From positions 41,648,776 to 41,712,775 of the forward strand of contig NC_052156.1 of assembly GCF_902713615.1 (NCBI RefSeq): DNA of 64,000 nucleotides, in the 5' to 3' direction. The translations under genes and the position numbers were made by a program. Shown in pieces: positions 39,774 through 52,018 of the stretch. The notes beneath the pieces were generated by a model, which was given only the letters and a program-made list of their open reading frames with translations, had not been told where the DNA came from and searched no databases. Numbering within the stretch: the first letter of the stretch is position 1; every line of letters begins with the position of its first letter. Source of the stretch: Scyliorhinus canicula (Eukaryota).

Positions 39774-42700
39774 TCATACCTGACCGGTGCGACGGGGGGG
39801 GGGGGGGGGGGCAGGAAACCTACAGGTGCGGGGGTGCCGAGCGTGGGCAGGGGACTTATAGGCGCGGGGGTGCAGGGGGTTGGGTGGGGTGTAGTGTGAG
39901 GGGTATCTCGGCGGTGGTGGTGGTAGTGGTGGATCCTGCAGGCGCCAGGACCCGGAGGGAAACGGTGTCCTGATGGCCGCCGGGGTATTCAATGAAGGCG
40001 TATTGGAGGTTCTCTCTACTAGCGGGTCTGTTTTGTGTGTCCGGACCTGCTTCCGGAGGAGAACCGGGCCTGGTGTCCTCAACCAGGATGGGCGCGTAGC
40101 CCCCGTGGTAGTGCCCCTAGAGAAAACAAATAGTCGTTCGTGAGGGGTCTGGTAGGTGGCGGTGCATAGGAGGGACCTAATTGCATGGAGCGCGTCGGGG
40201 AGGACCTCCTGCGAATGGGAGGTCGGGAGATTCCTGGACCGGAAGGTCAGTAGGACGGTCTTCCAGACTGTTGCGTTCTCCCTCTCCACCTGCCCATTAC
40301 CCCTGGGGTTGTAGCTGGTAGTCCTGCTCGAGGCGATGCCCTTGTCGAGCAGGTACTGACGCAGCTCGTCGCTCATGAAAGACGAACCCCTGTCGCTGTG
40401 TACGTAGCTGGGGAAACCGAACACGGTGAAGATACTGTGCAGAGCTCTGATGACTGTGTGGGAGGTCATATCAGGGCACAGGATGGCAAAGGGGAAGCGG
40501 GAGAACTCATCGATGACGTTCAGAAAGTACACATTTCGATTGGTCGAGGGGAGTGGCCCTTTGAAATCGATGCTCAGGCTTTCAAAGGGCCGGGATGCCT
40601 TTACCAGGTGGGCCCTGTCTGGTCTATAGAAGTGCGGTTTGCACTCCGCGCAGATCAGGCAATCCCTGGTGATAGCTTTGACCTCCTCGGTGGAGAAAGG
40701 CAGATTTCGGGCTTTGACGTAGTGGACGAGCCGGTGACCCCCCGGGTGGCAGAGGTCATTGTGGATAGCCTTCAGACGGTCATCTTGCATGCTGGCGCAC
40801 GTGCCGCGGGACAGGGCATCTGGGGGCTCGTTGAGCTTCCCCGGTCGATATATGATATCGTAATTACAGGTGGAGAGTTCGATCCTCAACCGCAAGATTT
40901 TATCATTTTTAATTTTGCCCCTTTGCGAGTTGTCAAACATGAAGGCAACCGATCTTTGGTCGGTGATGAGGGTAAACCTCCTACCTGCGAGGTAGTGCCT
41001 CCAGTGCCGTACGGCTTCCACAATGGCTTGAGCTTCCTTTTCGACTGAGGAGTGTTTTTTTTTTTTAATTTAGATTACCCAATTATTTTTTCCAATTAAG
41101 GGGCAATTTAGCGTGGCCAATCCACCTACTCTGCACATTTTTGGGTTGTGGGGGCGAAACCCACGCAGACACGGGGAGAACGTGCAAACTCCACACGGAC
41201 AGTGACCCAGAGCCGGGATCGAACCTGGGACCTCAGCGCCGTGAGGCGGTTGTGCTAACCACTAGGCCACCGTGCTGCCCTTCGACTGAGGAGTGTTGAA
41301 GTTCCGAAGCGGAGAGGGTTTGGGAGAAGGCGGCGACTGGTCTCCCTGCCTGATTTAGAGTGGCGGCGACAGCGACCTCTGAGGTGTCGCTCTCCACTTG
41401 AAAGGGGACGGATTCATTCACCACCCGCATGGCGGCTTTGGCGATGTCCTACTTGATGCAGTTGAAGGCCTGGCGGGCCTCAGCCGACAGTGGGAAGAGT
41501 GTGGTCTTAAATAGTGGGCGGGCTTTGTCCGCATACTGGGGGACCCACTGGCGTAATAAGAGAAGAATCCCAGGCACCTCTTGAGGCCCTGGGACAATGA
41601 GGGGGAGGGAGTTGTAAGAGGGGGCATACGGTCCGGGTCGGGGCCCAGGACTCCGTTTTCCACGACATAGCCAAGGATGGCTAGTCTAGTTGTACGAAAA
41701 AAGCATTTCTCCGTATTATAGGTGAGATTGAGTTTCTGGCCGGTTTGGAGACATCAGTGGAGGGTGGCGTCATGGTCCTGCTGATCATGGCCGCAGATGG
41801 TGACATTGTCCAAGTACGGAAAGGTGGCCCGCAGCCCGTACTGGTCCACCATTCGGTCCATTGTTCGTTGGAACACTGAGACCTCATTCGTGAAGCAAAG
41901 GGAACCCGGAGGAAATGGAAGAGGCGGCCATCTGCCTCGAACGCCGTGTAGTGGCGGTCCTCCGGGCGGATTGGGAGCTTGTGATAAGCAGACTTCAGAT
42001 CCACCGTGGAGAATATGCGGTACTGGGCGATCTGATTAACCATATCTGCAATTCTGGGGAGGGGGCACGCATCGAGGTGCGTGAATCGGTTAATGGTTTG
42101 GCTATAATCAACCACCATTCTGAACTTTTCCCTGGTCTTGACGACCACCACTTGAGTTCTCCAGGGGCTGTTACTGGCCTCTATGACTCCCTCACGTAGG
42201 AGCCGCTGGACTTCGGTTCTAATAAATACCCTTTTCTGCAGGCTATACCACCTGCTGCGAGTGGCTACGAGTTTGCAGTTCGAAGTGAGATTAGTGAAGA
42301 GTGGAGGGGGGTCGATTTTTAGTGTCGCTAGACTGCAGATAGTGAGTGGAGGTAGGGGTCCGCCGAAGCTGAGTGTGAGGCTCTTGAGATTACATTGGAA
42401 GTCGAGTCCAAGTAAGAGTGGGGCGCAGAGGTCGGGGAGTACGTACAGCTGGAAATTAGAGTAGCTGGCGCCCTGGATCGTTAGGGTCGCGACGGTGCGC
42501 CCTTGTATGTGGATTGAGTGTGAGCCCGAGGCGAGGGAGATAGTTTGCCATGCAGGGAAGATAGGGAGTGAACAACGCCTTACCAGGTCAGGATGTACGA
42601 AGCTCTCGGTGCTCCCGGAGTCGAAGAGGCACGGTGTCCTGTACCCATTGATTTTAACGGACATCATCGAGCTCTGGAGGTGCTTCGGACGCGACTGGTC

Positions 42701-43033
42701 CAACGTGACTGCGTTGAGTTGCGGGTAGTCGGCGGCTCGATCAGCTGTGCTGGAGTGGCCCCGTGATGACTGTCCGCTAAGGTCGTAGTCGTCGAGGTTC
42801 GGTTCGGGTGATGGCCAAGATGGCGGTCCCCGTTGATCGCACGTGGCGGGTGCTGGAGAAGATGGCGTCCAAGTTGGCCGCCCCATGGATCGCAAGTGGC
42901 GGGCGGCGAGGAAGATGGCGTCCAAGATGGCGGCCCCCATGACTCGCACGTGGCCGGCCGCGTGGAGGAGGGTTGCCAAGATGGCGGCCCCCATGAGTTG
43001 CACATGTCGGGTGGAGGCGGAGTCGGCAGACAC
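39774..43033 (-). pseudogene. pol: Gypsy Pol (PR, RT, RNase H, IN), interrupted by a SINE
   Basis: LFDSGS, LLGLDF, SPW, RMVVDY, FSTVDLKSAY, YLDN, HxxxxH..CxxC, IDFKGP, HSDRG, GNGQVER. Confidence 0.92.
41057..41280 (-). mobile_element. HE1-type SINE inside the Gypsy RNase H region
   Basis: TSD TTCGACTGAGGAGTGTT at ~41040-41056 and 41281-41297. Confidence 0.9.
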
Positions 43034-43847
43034 ACTGTAGCATTAGGGGGCCTGCGGGCCTGTGAGTTTGGGAGGCGAGTGCTCTGGACTGCGAGGGAGT
43101 TTGGAGTTTTTGATTTTGCCAGGCATACTCGGGCATAGTGTCCTTTGCGACCGCAGCTGCTGCAGGTCGCGTTGCGGGCCGGGCAGTGCTGCCGTGGGTG
43201 TTGGAGCTGGCCACAAAAATGGCACGCTGGCGCTACATAGTGGGTGGGTGGCCGCGCAGCGCAGGCCTGGGCCAGTCGCTGGTCAGGGGCCCACGATGGG
43301 GTCGCTTGGTCAGTGGGGAATGAGTTCAAACTGCGGAATGCGACCTCCATAGTCGTAGCTAACTCTACATTGCCCTCCAAGTTCTGGGCCCCTTTTTCAA
43401 GCAATCGCTGGCGCACATAGTTGGACCTGAGCCCTGCAACGTATACATCACGGACAGCGAGTTCCATATGCTGGGAGGCTGTTACAGCCTGAAAATTGCA
43501 GTCCCGAGCAAGGGCTTTTAAATCGCGCAGAAAGGCTTCCAGCGACTCGGCGGGGCGCTGGCAGCGGGTCATGAAAACGTGCCACGCGTAGACCTTGTTA
43601 ATCGGTCGCACGTACAGTCGGTCGAGCATGGCCAGGGCCTCGGTATATGAAGTGGTACAATTAAGTTGCGTAGAGATACGATGGCTCACCCTTGCGTGCA
43701 GTAGGCTGTGTTTCTGCTCCTCTGTAGTCTCGGAAGTGCTAGATTCAGCCAGGTCGGCCTTGAAACATTGAAGCCAGTGTAGGAAGATTTCCTTCGACTC
43801 TGCAGCCGGTCGAGTTCTCGTCGATCAGGTTTGAGGGCTGATTCCAT
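42664..43847 (-). pseudogene. gag: Gypsy Gag
   Basis: MESALKPD.., RQRLLEKG, CHFCGQLQHPRQHCPARNATCSSCGRKGHYARVC. Confidence 0.85.
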
Positions 43848-45121
43848 AGTAGTTTTCTTCAACTTTTCTAAGACTATTAAATTGACGTGACCATCAATTC
43901 ACTCGGAACACGATTGGAAGTAAACTGTGGTTTTAATAGTCTTACAACTAAGCCACCCTGCGACCAGAAGAACTGAGAGCAGGCTTACAGCTGCAGCACA
44001 TTATACTTCCGGTAGTGGGAGGGGCCATGGGCGGAGCCATGGGCAGAGCCAAGGGTGGAGCCCTGTACAAGCTCCTCATCTCCCCCTATGGGCAGAGCCA
44101 TGCAATGGCTCACATACAGAGCCCACAAGGACATAATACAATGCAATGCAATACAGTGTGAATTACAATGCAGTATAATTCACCACAGGTCCATGGTGAG
44201 GAGGGTATTTCAAGCCCAACAAATCCGTGTGTATGCCGCACTTAATGTTACACTGACTGAAGTCTGAAGGGATTTGCTGAGCTACCCAATTCTTCAATAA
44301 CTAAACATCCAATAAGCGGGCCAAGACTGACAAGCTTTGTAATTTTGTTTTATCTTTCTTAACCTAATTCGATTCTGCACGTAGATAAAATGTTACAACG
44401 TAATATTTAAGCACTAAACATTTTACTAATTGGTAATTGTTTTTAAACTCCAGTGCCTGCCACCTGATGTCGCAAAGGCCTTCTGGTTGAACGCGGCGAT
44501 CTATTTTGCCTCTTTCATTTGTCCAACAGTCTGACTCCCACTCACAAGTGTGTTCGATTGCCCAATGCAAATAGTAACAAAAGCTAGGGTTTTTTTCTTA
44601 ATCGAATATCGTTACATAATTTTGAAATAGTCATCTCATATTGACAAATAGAAATACTGTGTCAAATATGCAGATTTTCCCATTCCAATATTTAATACAA
44701 ATATGTGACTTCAATCAATTTAAAACAGGGCATTGTGGAAGATGTGAATGTTCCACATCAAGAGCACACAGAAATAAAATGAAAATCGCTTATTGTCACG
44801 AGTAGGCTTCAATGAAGTTACTGTGAAGAGCCCCTAGTCACCACATTCCGGTGCCTGTCCGGGGAGGCTGGTACGGGAACTGGTACTAAAAGACCTGATA
44901 GGCACACGCAGCAAGACGGGGGGGCTCTGTGGAAAAATATACGGACAGCTACTGGACAGAGCCCAAACACCACTGGACGAGACCAGTCAAAAATGGGAGG
45001 ACGAACTGAGGACAGAGTTAGGATGGGGACTCGGGAGTGAAGCACTGAGCAGGGTGAACTCCACCTCCTCCTCTGCAAGGCTCAGCCTAAGGCAGCTCAA
45101 AGTGGTGCACAGAGTGCACCT

Positions 45122-45925
45122 GATCAGAACCCGAATGAGCAGGTTCTTCCCCGAGGTGGAGGCCAAATGTTAGCGGCGCCAGATGGGTCCGGCCAACCAC
45201 ACCCAGATGATTTGGGCTTGCCCCAAGCTTGCTGGGTTCTGAACAGCCTTCTCCAAGACAATGTCCAAGGTTGTTGGGGTGAAGCCATGCCCAAAAGTGG
45301 CAATCTTCGGGGTATCGGAGCAGCCAGAGTTACACATGGGGAAGAGGGCCAACGCCCTTGCTTTCGCTTCCCTAATCGCACGCCGGAGAATCCTGCTTGG
45401 CTGGCGATCAGCAGCACCACCTACAGCTGCAGACTGGCTCGCTGACCTCTCGGAATTTCTCCACCTGGAGAAGATTAAGTACGCCATCCGAGGGTCAGAG
45501 GAAGACTTCCTGGATACTTGGGGACAGTTTGTCGTTCTGTTCCAAAACCTGTTCAAGGCCAGCAACGAAGAGTAAGCTAAGAATAAGAAAAACAAGATAG
45601 ATGAGGAACCAAAGGACTGCACGGGGGGGGGGAGGCACGGAAGGGAGGTGGGGAGACCACAAGAGAGGAGGAGGGATACTGAAGCCATGGCGAGGGGGGG
45701 GGGGGGGAGAGAGGAAGGGAGTGGGGGGGACGAAGGGGGAAAGGGGGAGAACTATAGACCGATCCAGAGGGCAACAAAACGTCCATAGAGTCAGTTAAAT
45801 GAAGGACAAAATAAACTCTGTACAATAGAGTAAATTAGCGCGGCAAGAAAAATGTAATGTATATTCACAACAACTGTTTATAAATATGAGAAATGGCAAT
45901 AAAAAGATTTCAACAAAAAAAAACA
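45122..45925 (+). mobile_element. L1 3' fragment
   Basis: AFASLIARRRILLGW, FLHLEKIKYAIRGS; polyA. Confidence 0.85.
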
Positions 45926-46719
45926 ACAGGCAAAGTCGCAACACTTAGAAAGGAATGTGTAAAATGGATTAAGACCATTGTGATACATCTGGACAGTCCA
46001 GAATCCGGGAAAGTCTGCATCCCACCATAATCCTTTATCCATGTTTTCTTTGGATTACCGACAAAATTTTCCTACAAAATTGCTGCATTGTTTACTAAAT
46101 TGCAAATGGTTGAAAACTGCTAGCAAGAGTACAGACCTGAAATGTGAAAATTCAGAAACTGATAATGGTTTTATCTGTTAAAACTCCTCACTATTCCAGG
46201 ATCCTGGAATGCAAAGATAATCCCTGGCATCTTTTTGCTACTGAAAACCATCTTCTTAATCCCCTCCACCCACACCATCAAGTGTGAGGAGCTCATGGAC
46301 TACTTTTTCACTATAATTGACACAATCTGATCAGCATCCCTCCCTCCCTTCCACTTACCAAACTGGTAAAACTTACTTCAGTGCTCCTCCCTGCCCTTTC
46401 TCTGAACTCCTATCTTCCTCTGTTTCCTCTCTTATTTTTCCTCATTCCCTCTCTGAGCTCAACTTGTCCATGAGACCTGCCACTTGTTCTCTTGATCCTA
46501 TTCCCACTAAACTGCTGAACACCTATTAAGGATGCCTGGTCAGATCTCGACAGTGGCTAAGATACTGGACCAGAATGACGTTTTAAAAATGTTGTTAAGA
46601 CTGTGCAAAAAGTTATTGTGTAAAAAATAGGGCTTGGTTATTTTTGCAAAGAACATTTTATTAAAACAAAAGAAAAATAAAATATCTAAACTTTTAAACT
46701 TCACACCTAACAATCACAG

Positions 46720-47845
46720 AATACTGTAATATAATGCGGAAGAAGCCCTTCGGCCCATCGAGTCTGCACCAATGCATGAAAAACACCTGACCTGCCTACC
46801 TAATCCCATTTGCCAGCCCCTGGCCCAAAGCCTTGAATGTAATGATGTGCTAAGTGCTTATCCAGGTACTTTTTAAAGGTACTTTTTAAAGGATGCGAGG
46901 CAACTCGCCTCTACCACCCTCCCAGGCAGCGCATTCCAGACTGTTACCACCCTCTAGGTAAAAAGCTTTTCCTCAAATCCTCCTAAACCTCCTGCCCCTC
47001 ATCTTGAACTTGTGCCCCCTTATAACTGACCCTTCAACTAAGGGAAACAGCTGCTCCCTAGCCACCCTGTCCATGCCCCTCATAATCTTGTACATCTCGA
47101 TCAGGTCACCCTTCAGTTCTCTGCTCCAACATAAGCAACCCAAGCCTATCCAACCTCTCTTCATATTAGCACTGTTGCTTCACAGCACCAGGGTCCCAGG
47201 TTCGATTCCCGGCTTGGGTCACTGTCTGTGCGGAGTCTGCACGTTCTCCGGCGTCTGCATGAATTTCCTTCCGGTGCTCCGGTTTCCTCCCATAAGTCCC
47301 GAAAGATGTGCTGTTAAGTAATTTGGACATCCTGAGTTCTCCCTCTGTGTACCCGTACAGTCGCCTGAATGTGGCGACTAGGGCTTTTCACAGTAACTTC
47401 ATTGCAGTGTTAATGTAAGCTGACTTGTGACAATAAAGATTATTATTATTAAATGTTCCATCCCAGGAAACATCCTGGTGAATCTCCTCTTCACCCAGTG
47501 CAATCACATAATTCCTATAATGTGGCAACCAGAATTGCACCCAGTACTCCAGCTGTGGTCTCACCAAAGTTCTATACGACTCCAACATGACCTCCCTGCT
47601 TTTGTAATCTATGCCTCGGTTGGTAAAGGCATGTGTCCTATATGCCTTTTTCACCACCCTGTTAACCTGCCCTTCTGCCTTCAGAGATCTATGGACAAAC
47701 ATGCCAAGGTCCCTTTGTTCCTCGGAACTTCCCAGTGTCAATACTTCTTTGTCACATTAGTCCCTCCAAAGTGTATCATCTCACATTTTCAGGGTTAAAT
47801 TCCATCTGCCACTTTTCTGCCCATTTGACCATCCCGTCTATATCA
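46720..47845 (-). mobile_element. CR1/HER1 3' fragment with nested SINE (~47165-47450, +)
   Basis: RDLGMFVHRSLK, YRTLVRPQLEY, GDLIEMYKIMRG. Confidence 0.85.
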
Positions 47846-47984
47846 AGAACGGCTTACACGTATCTTTTAACCCTAACACATAATTTCCCATAAAACAGCA
47901 CATAAAAATTAAGTGAGTGCCAGAATCAGAGCCTACAGATTGGGTAAATAACATAATGAGGGAGAAGCCAAATGGATGGCCATG

Positions 47985-48310
47985 AATTTGTCTTGATCCC
48001 AAAGATCTTAATCAGCCAATAAAAAGGAATCACTATTCAACTTCAACATTAGAGGAACTCACATTAGCACTGTCAGGGGCAAACGTTTTCAGCAAGCTTG
48101 GTGCCAGAAATGGCGACTGGCACATGAAGCTTGATGCGGAATCTTTGCTGTTGACAACATTCCGACATACCCTTTAAACAGTACAATTCCTGCCGATCAG
48201 CATTAAAGTGATCCAGGATGAATTCCAGCAGAAAGTAGACAAGACCGACGGGATACAAAGGAGCAGTCGGCGTTACTGATGCTATCCAGGTCTGTGTTGT
48301 AGATACCATG
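47985..48310 (+). mobile_element. Decayed Gypsy RT fragment
   Basis: LDPKDLNQPIKRNHY..TLEEL..LSGANVFSKL. Confidence 0.6.
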
Positions 48311-49199
48311 AAGAGTGTGGTTGCCTTCATGGAGTTTCAAGCATGGCTTTTAAATTGGTCCATGTATGCTGTGACCAGGATCATGCAGACCATATCCGCC
48401 ACCTTAAATAGGTTGGCAAATACCTTGAGCGAGATTCTCCGGGTCTGTTCGCCGTGCGGGGAAATCCTGTTATGAGCGCAGAATTTTACAAGAGGGCTAT
48501 ACGGGATTTATGCCGGTGAAATTTCCGAGCGGGATGTTCCCGGTCCCTCCCCGATGATATAAAAGGCAGGCTATTGTGCTCATCGTAGCCAAAATCAATA
48601 AACAGTTATAGGTCAGATGAACTCCATGATATACTTTGTAGTTTTCTAAACTCTGGTCCATAACAATATCTTCAGGCAACATCAAATGTTCCCATTACGC
48701 CAGCAGGAATCGCTACTTGTTTCCAAAAATGGAAAACAATCGTAATGACCACACCGGGGATGCAGAGGTGCGTATAGTCCCCGGGTGGTAAGGGACATGG
48801 GCACTGCTGATGGTGGGGCCAATAGGGAACCCCACTGGGGTTAAAGGGGACATCTATTTTCACTTTGAGATAAATAGTGCTCTGATCACTGAATCCCAAA
48901 TTTGCCAGCAAATCTAGGCCCCGCCCCTCCAGCTGGCTGTATAATCCTCACCAGCAGTTTGAAATTGTACAGAATGCTGTTTGATCTGGCAATAAAAGGC
49001 TGTGAAACCAGCAAGTTTCACACTGCTTTTTCCTCCTGATCCAGCACTCTGCAATTTTGGGAAAAATCTGCCCCGTATCTGTGGCCTTAAAAGCGTCACT
49101 GATTTTCTGCAAGGTGATATACTGACGTAGGTGAGGGATGATGGTGAATGGTGACAGAAGTTCTCTTTCAAAGACCTACTATTTCTCTACTGCCGTGTA

Positions 49200-49503
49200 G
49201 GTGGCATGGTAGCACAGTGGTTAGCACTGTTACTTCACAGATCCAGGGTCCCAGGTTCGATTCCCGGCTTGGATCACTGCGGAGTCTGCATGTTCTCCCT
49301 GTGCCTGCATGGGTTTCTTCCGGGTGCTCCAACATCAGTTTCCTCCCACAAGTCCCGAAAGATGTGCTATTAGATAATTTGGACATTCTGAATTCTCCCT
49401 CTGTGTACCCGAAGAGGCGCCGGAATTTGGAGACTAGGGGCTTTTCACAGTAACTTCATTGCAGTGTTAATGTAAGCCTACTTGTGACAATAAAGATTAT
49501 TAT
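49200..49503 (+). mobile_element. tRNA-derived SINE upstream of PDE12
   Basis: HE1-like head; tail gtgacaataaagattattatt. Confidence 0.8.
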
Positions 49504-49812
49504 TTAAAAATAATCACATTGTGGGCAGAGGTAATTGGACGTTCCATTATCTCCATGTGTGTGGTGGAACGATACAATGTTAGTTTGGCACACGGACTGA
49601 GTGGTGTGGCATTCTGGATGTACATGCAGAGGGCATAGTTCCTGCATCATTCTGGAACAAACAATATAGGCGGGCGGCCAGCACCGTCTTACCCAGTGTT
49701 AGATTTCACTCCAGGCAGTGGGGTCGTTATTGGGATTTATCTCTAACCGGGCTGCTGGTTGGATCCGGGTCCGCAGTGAGGAATGTGCCGCTGAGCCGGG
49801 TGGCCCAAACCC

Positions 49813-51015
49813 ATGTGCGGCCTGGTCGGCAGCGCCGTCCGCTCGCCGCCCTCAGCCGGTTTACAGCGTTTTGCCGCCCGCTGTTCCTCGAGGTCGGGGC
49901 CGGCGGCCATGCAGACGGCAGTGGTCCGCTGCGTCCCCACCGAGACCAAGCTGACCATCTCGCTGCGGCTGGGCCCCGGCAAGGGAGGGCAGCGGCACCT
50001 GCAGCGGGAGCAGAGCGAGAGCCTGCGGACCGCGCTCGGCCGTATCGCCCACAACCTGCTGAAAGCGCAGGCCAAGCCCAGGAAAGACCGGAAGGCGGCC
50101 CAGGCTGAGGCCCCGGCTCAGGCCCCGCCGGTTGTTCTCTACCGGGGAGAGCAGCCGGTGCCCGGGGACACGAGCAACGCCGAGGCCTGGCAGGACGGGG
50201 CCGTCTTACAGGTGGGGGAGACCCGGTACCGGGTGGAGCGGAACCCGCCCACCCTGACCCAGCTCCGGTTACCCGGCTCCATCCTGGTCGGCTTCCCGCT
50301 CTGCGCCACGGTGGAGCTGGAGTTCGGGGAGGCCTCGCACTCGCTGTTCGAGTGGCTGAGGGAGGAGGGCGGGGGCTGGGAGCCGGTGGCTAGCGGCCGG
50401 GTCTTCACCCCGGGCAACGGCCACATCGGCCTCAAGCTCAAGCTGAGGTGTCAGCCGGGCGACGGGCGGCGCTTCGGGGAGGCGGTGGAGCTGGAAAGCG
50501 GCGGGCCGGTGGAGGCCGGCCCGGGCACTTGTACTTTCGACGGCCGCCAGAAGTTCACCCGCCAGAACCCGGAGGAGCCGCTGCTCCGGGTGGTTTCCTA
50601 CAACATCCTGGCCGATGCGTACGCTCAGACCGAGTTCTCCAGGACTAACCTGTACCCTTACTGCCCGCCCTATGCACTCGAGGTCGACTACCGGCAGAAT
50701 CTCATCAAGAAAGAGCTGGGCGGCTACAACGCCGACATCATCTGTCTCCAGGAGGTGGACAAGAACGTGTTCACCAACAGCCTGGCCCCGGCCCTGGATG
50801 CGTTGGGCTTTCGGGGAGTGTTTCGAATTAAGGAGAAGCAACATGAAGGCCTCGCAACTTTCTTCAGAGACTCGAAGTATCGGCTGATAAGTCAGCACGA
50901 TGTGGCCTTTAGCGAAGCTCTAGCTTCAGATCCCTTACACGTCGAGCTTTTGGAGAAGATTTCTGCAAACCCCAACGTTAAAGAAAAGGTGCTGCAAAGA
51001 TCAACCGCTTTCCAG
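49813..51015 (+). CDS. PDE12: 2',5'-phosphodiesterase 12, exon 1
   Basis: AVVRCVP.E.KL, NAEAWQDGAVLQ, VEAGPGTCTFD, VSYNILAD.YAQTEFSR..LYPYC, ICLQEVD; donor CAG|GTACT. Confidence 0.97.
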
Positions 51016-51220
51016 GTACTTTGAAAGATAATTTTGGGCGGCTTGCACCCCTGCCAAATTGCCTCTGTTGGAGGTTTCGATTTTGGGGGATATAGGACAT
51101 TCTGTGCTGGGAAAATAGTATTATTAATTTTTCCTGGGAGAAAAATATTGGTACAATCAACTCGCTATGATTTTGGGCACAGTAAGAAGTCTTACAACAC
51201 CAGGTTAAAGTCCATTCTCA

Positions 51221-51265
51221 TCATTCACCTGAGGAAGGAGCAGTGCTCCGAAAGCTAGTGTTTGA
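51221..51265 (+). ncRNA. Minimal type I hammerhead ribozyme motif (Penelope-type) within inverted-repeat element 51180-51304
   Basis: cac-CTGAGGA-a-GGAGC-agt-GCTCC-GAAA-GCTA-gtg. Confidence 0.72.
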
Positions 51266-52018
51266 AGCAAACCTAGTGGACTTTAACCTGATGTTGTAAG
51301 ACTTTTTGGGGGCAGCTTTTTGCTTTAAAATTTAAGTGTTAATGAACATTGCAGCAAAGTGAAAATGTTGTGTTAATAAAATTGGTTAAATAACCAGCGC
51401 AGTGTTATAATGCTGTACGTTATGTTGTGAAGATGAATGTCCATTTGGGAACTTAAAGAATACACAAGATATGTTCCATTTTCAAAATGTTGGGGTAGCA
51501 AACTACATGATAATTATACAGCCGAAATCCCATTCAACAGTTTACCGGAAATTATTCGGGTCTGTAAGAATAGAGTGACTGAAAATCCTGACATTTTTTA
51601 GTTGATCAGAGAGGATTTGTGAATGGTTGTCATGCCTGACAAACTTCAAGTGATTTTTTTTTGGAGAAAGTGACTGAAGCAATGGCCCAGGGGAATGTCT
51701 TTGGATGTTGTTCATGCTACTTCCAGAAGCCATTTGACAAGGTTGCTCATAAAATACTCTTAAAGCTGAAGTTCACACAGAATTGAAAGCAAATTATTGA
51801 GTTGGTTAGAATTGAAAGCAAATTATTGAGTTGGTTAGGAAATCTGCTGCAGTAAGTGACTTAGCTGGGATAATGGTCAATGACTCTAATTGGCAGTATG
51901 TGACTAGTGGTATTCCACAAGGGTCTGTATTTGGTCCTCGACTATTCACCGCATTTATTAGTGACCTAAATGATAGAAAGGAAAGCCACATGTCCAGGTT
52001 TGCTGATGACATAAAGAT

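Larger units (their letters stand above)
39307..44187 (-). mobile_element. Near-complete Ty3/Gypsy LTR retrotransposon (gag-PR-RT-RH-IN), frameshifted
   Basis: LTRs 39307-39590 and 43883-44187 (TG..CA); PPT AGGGGGTGAA; gag ATG at 43847 with two Zn knuckles; LFDSGS; RT; RNase H (ESDTS, TDQRS); integrase; TSD imperfect. Confidence 0.93.

Noticed and set aside
39301-44192. Clean TSD for the Gypsy element
   Set aside because: Flanks gctccc and ggtcc match only imperfectly; cannot distinguish mutation from inter-element recombination.
50139-50898. Long antisense ORFs over PDE12 exon 1 (and over L1/Gypsy ORFs)
   Set aside because: Shadow frames of GC-rich coding sequence.
51781-51838. 29-bp tandem duplication (similar small ones at ~35690-35752 and ~46863-46892)
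   Set aside because: Simple slippage inside decayed repeats; no spacers, so not CRISPR-like.
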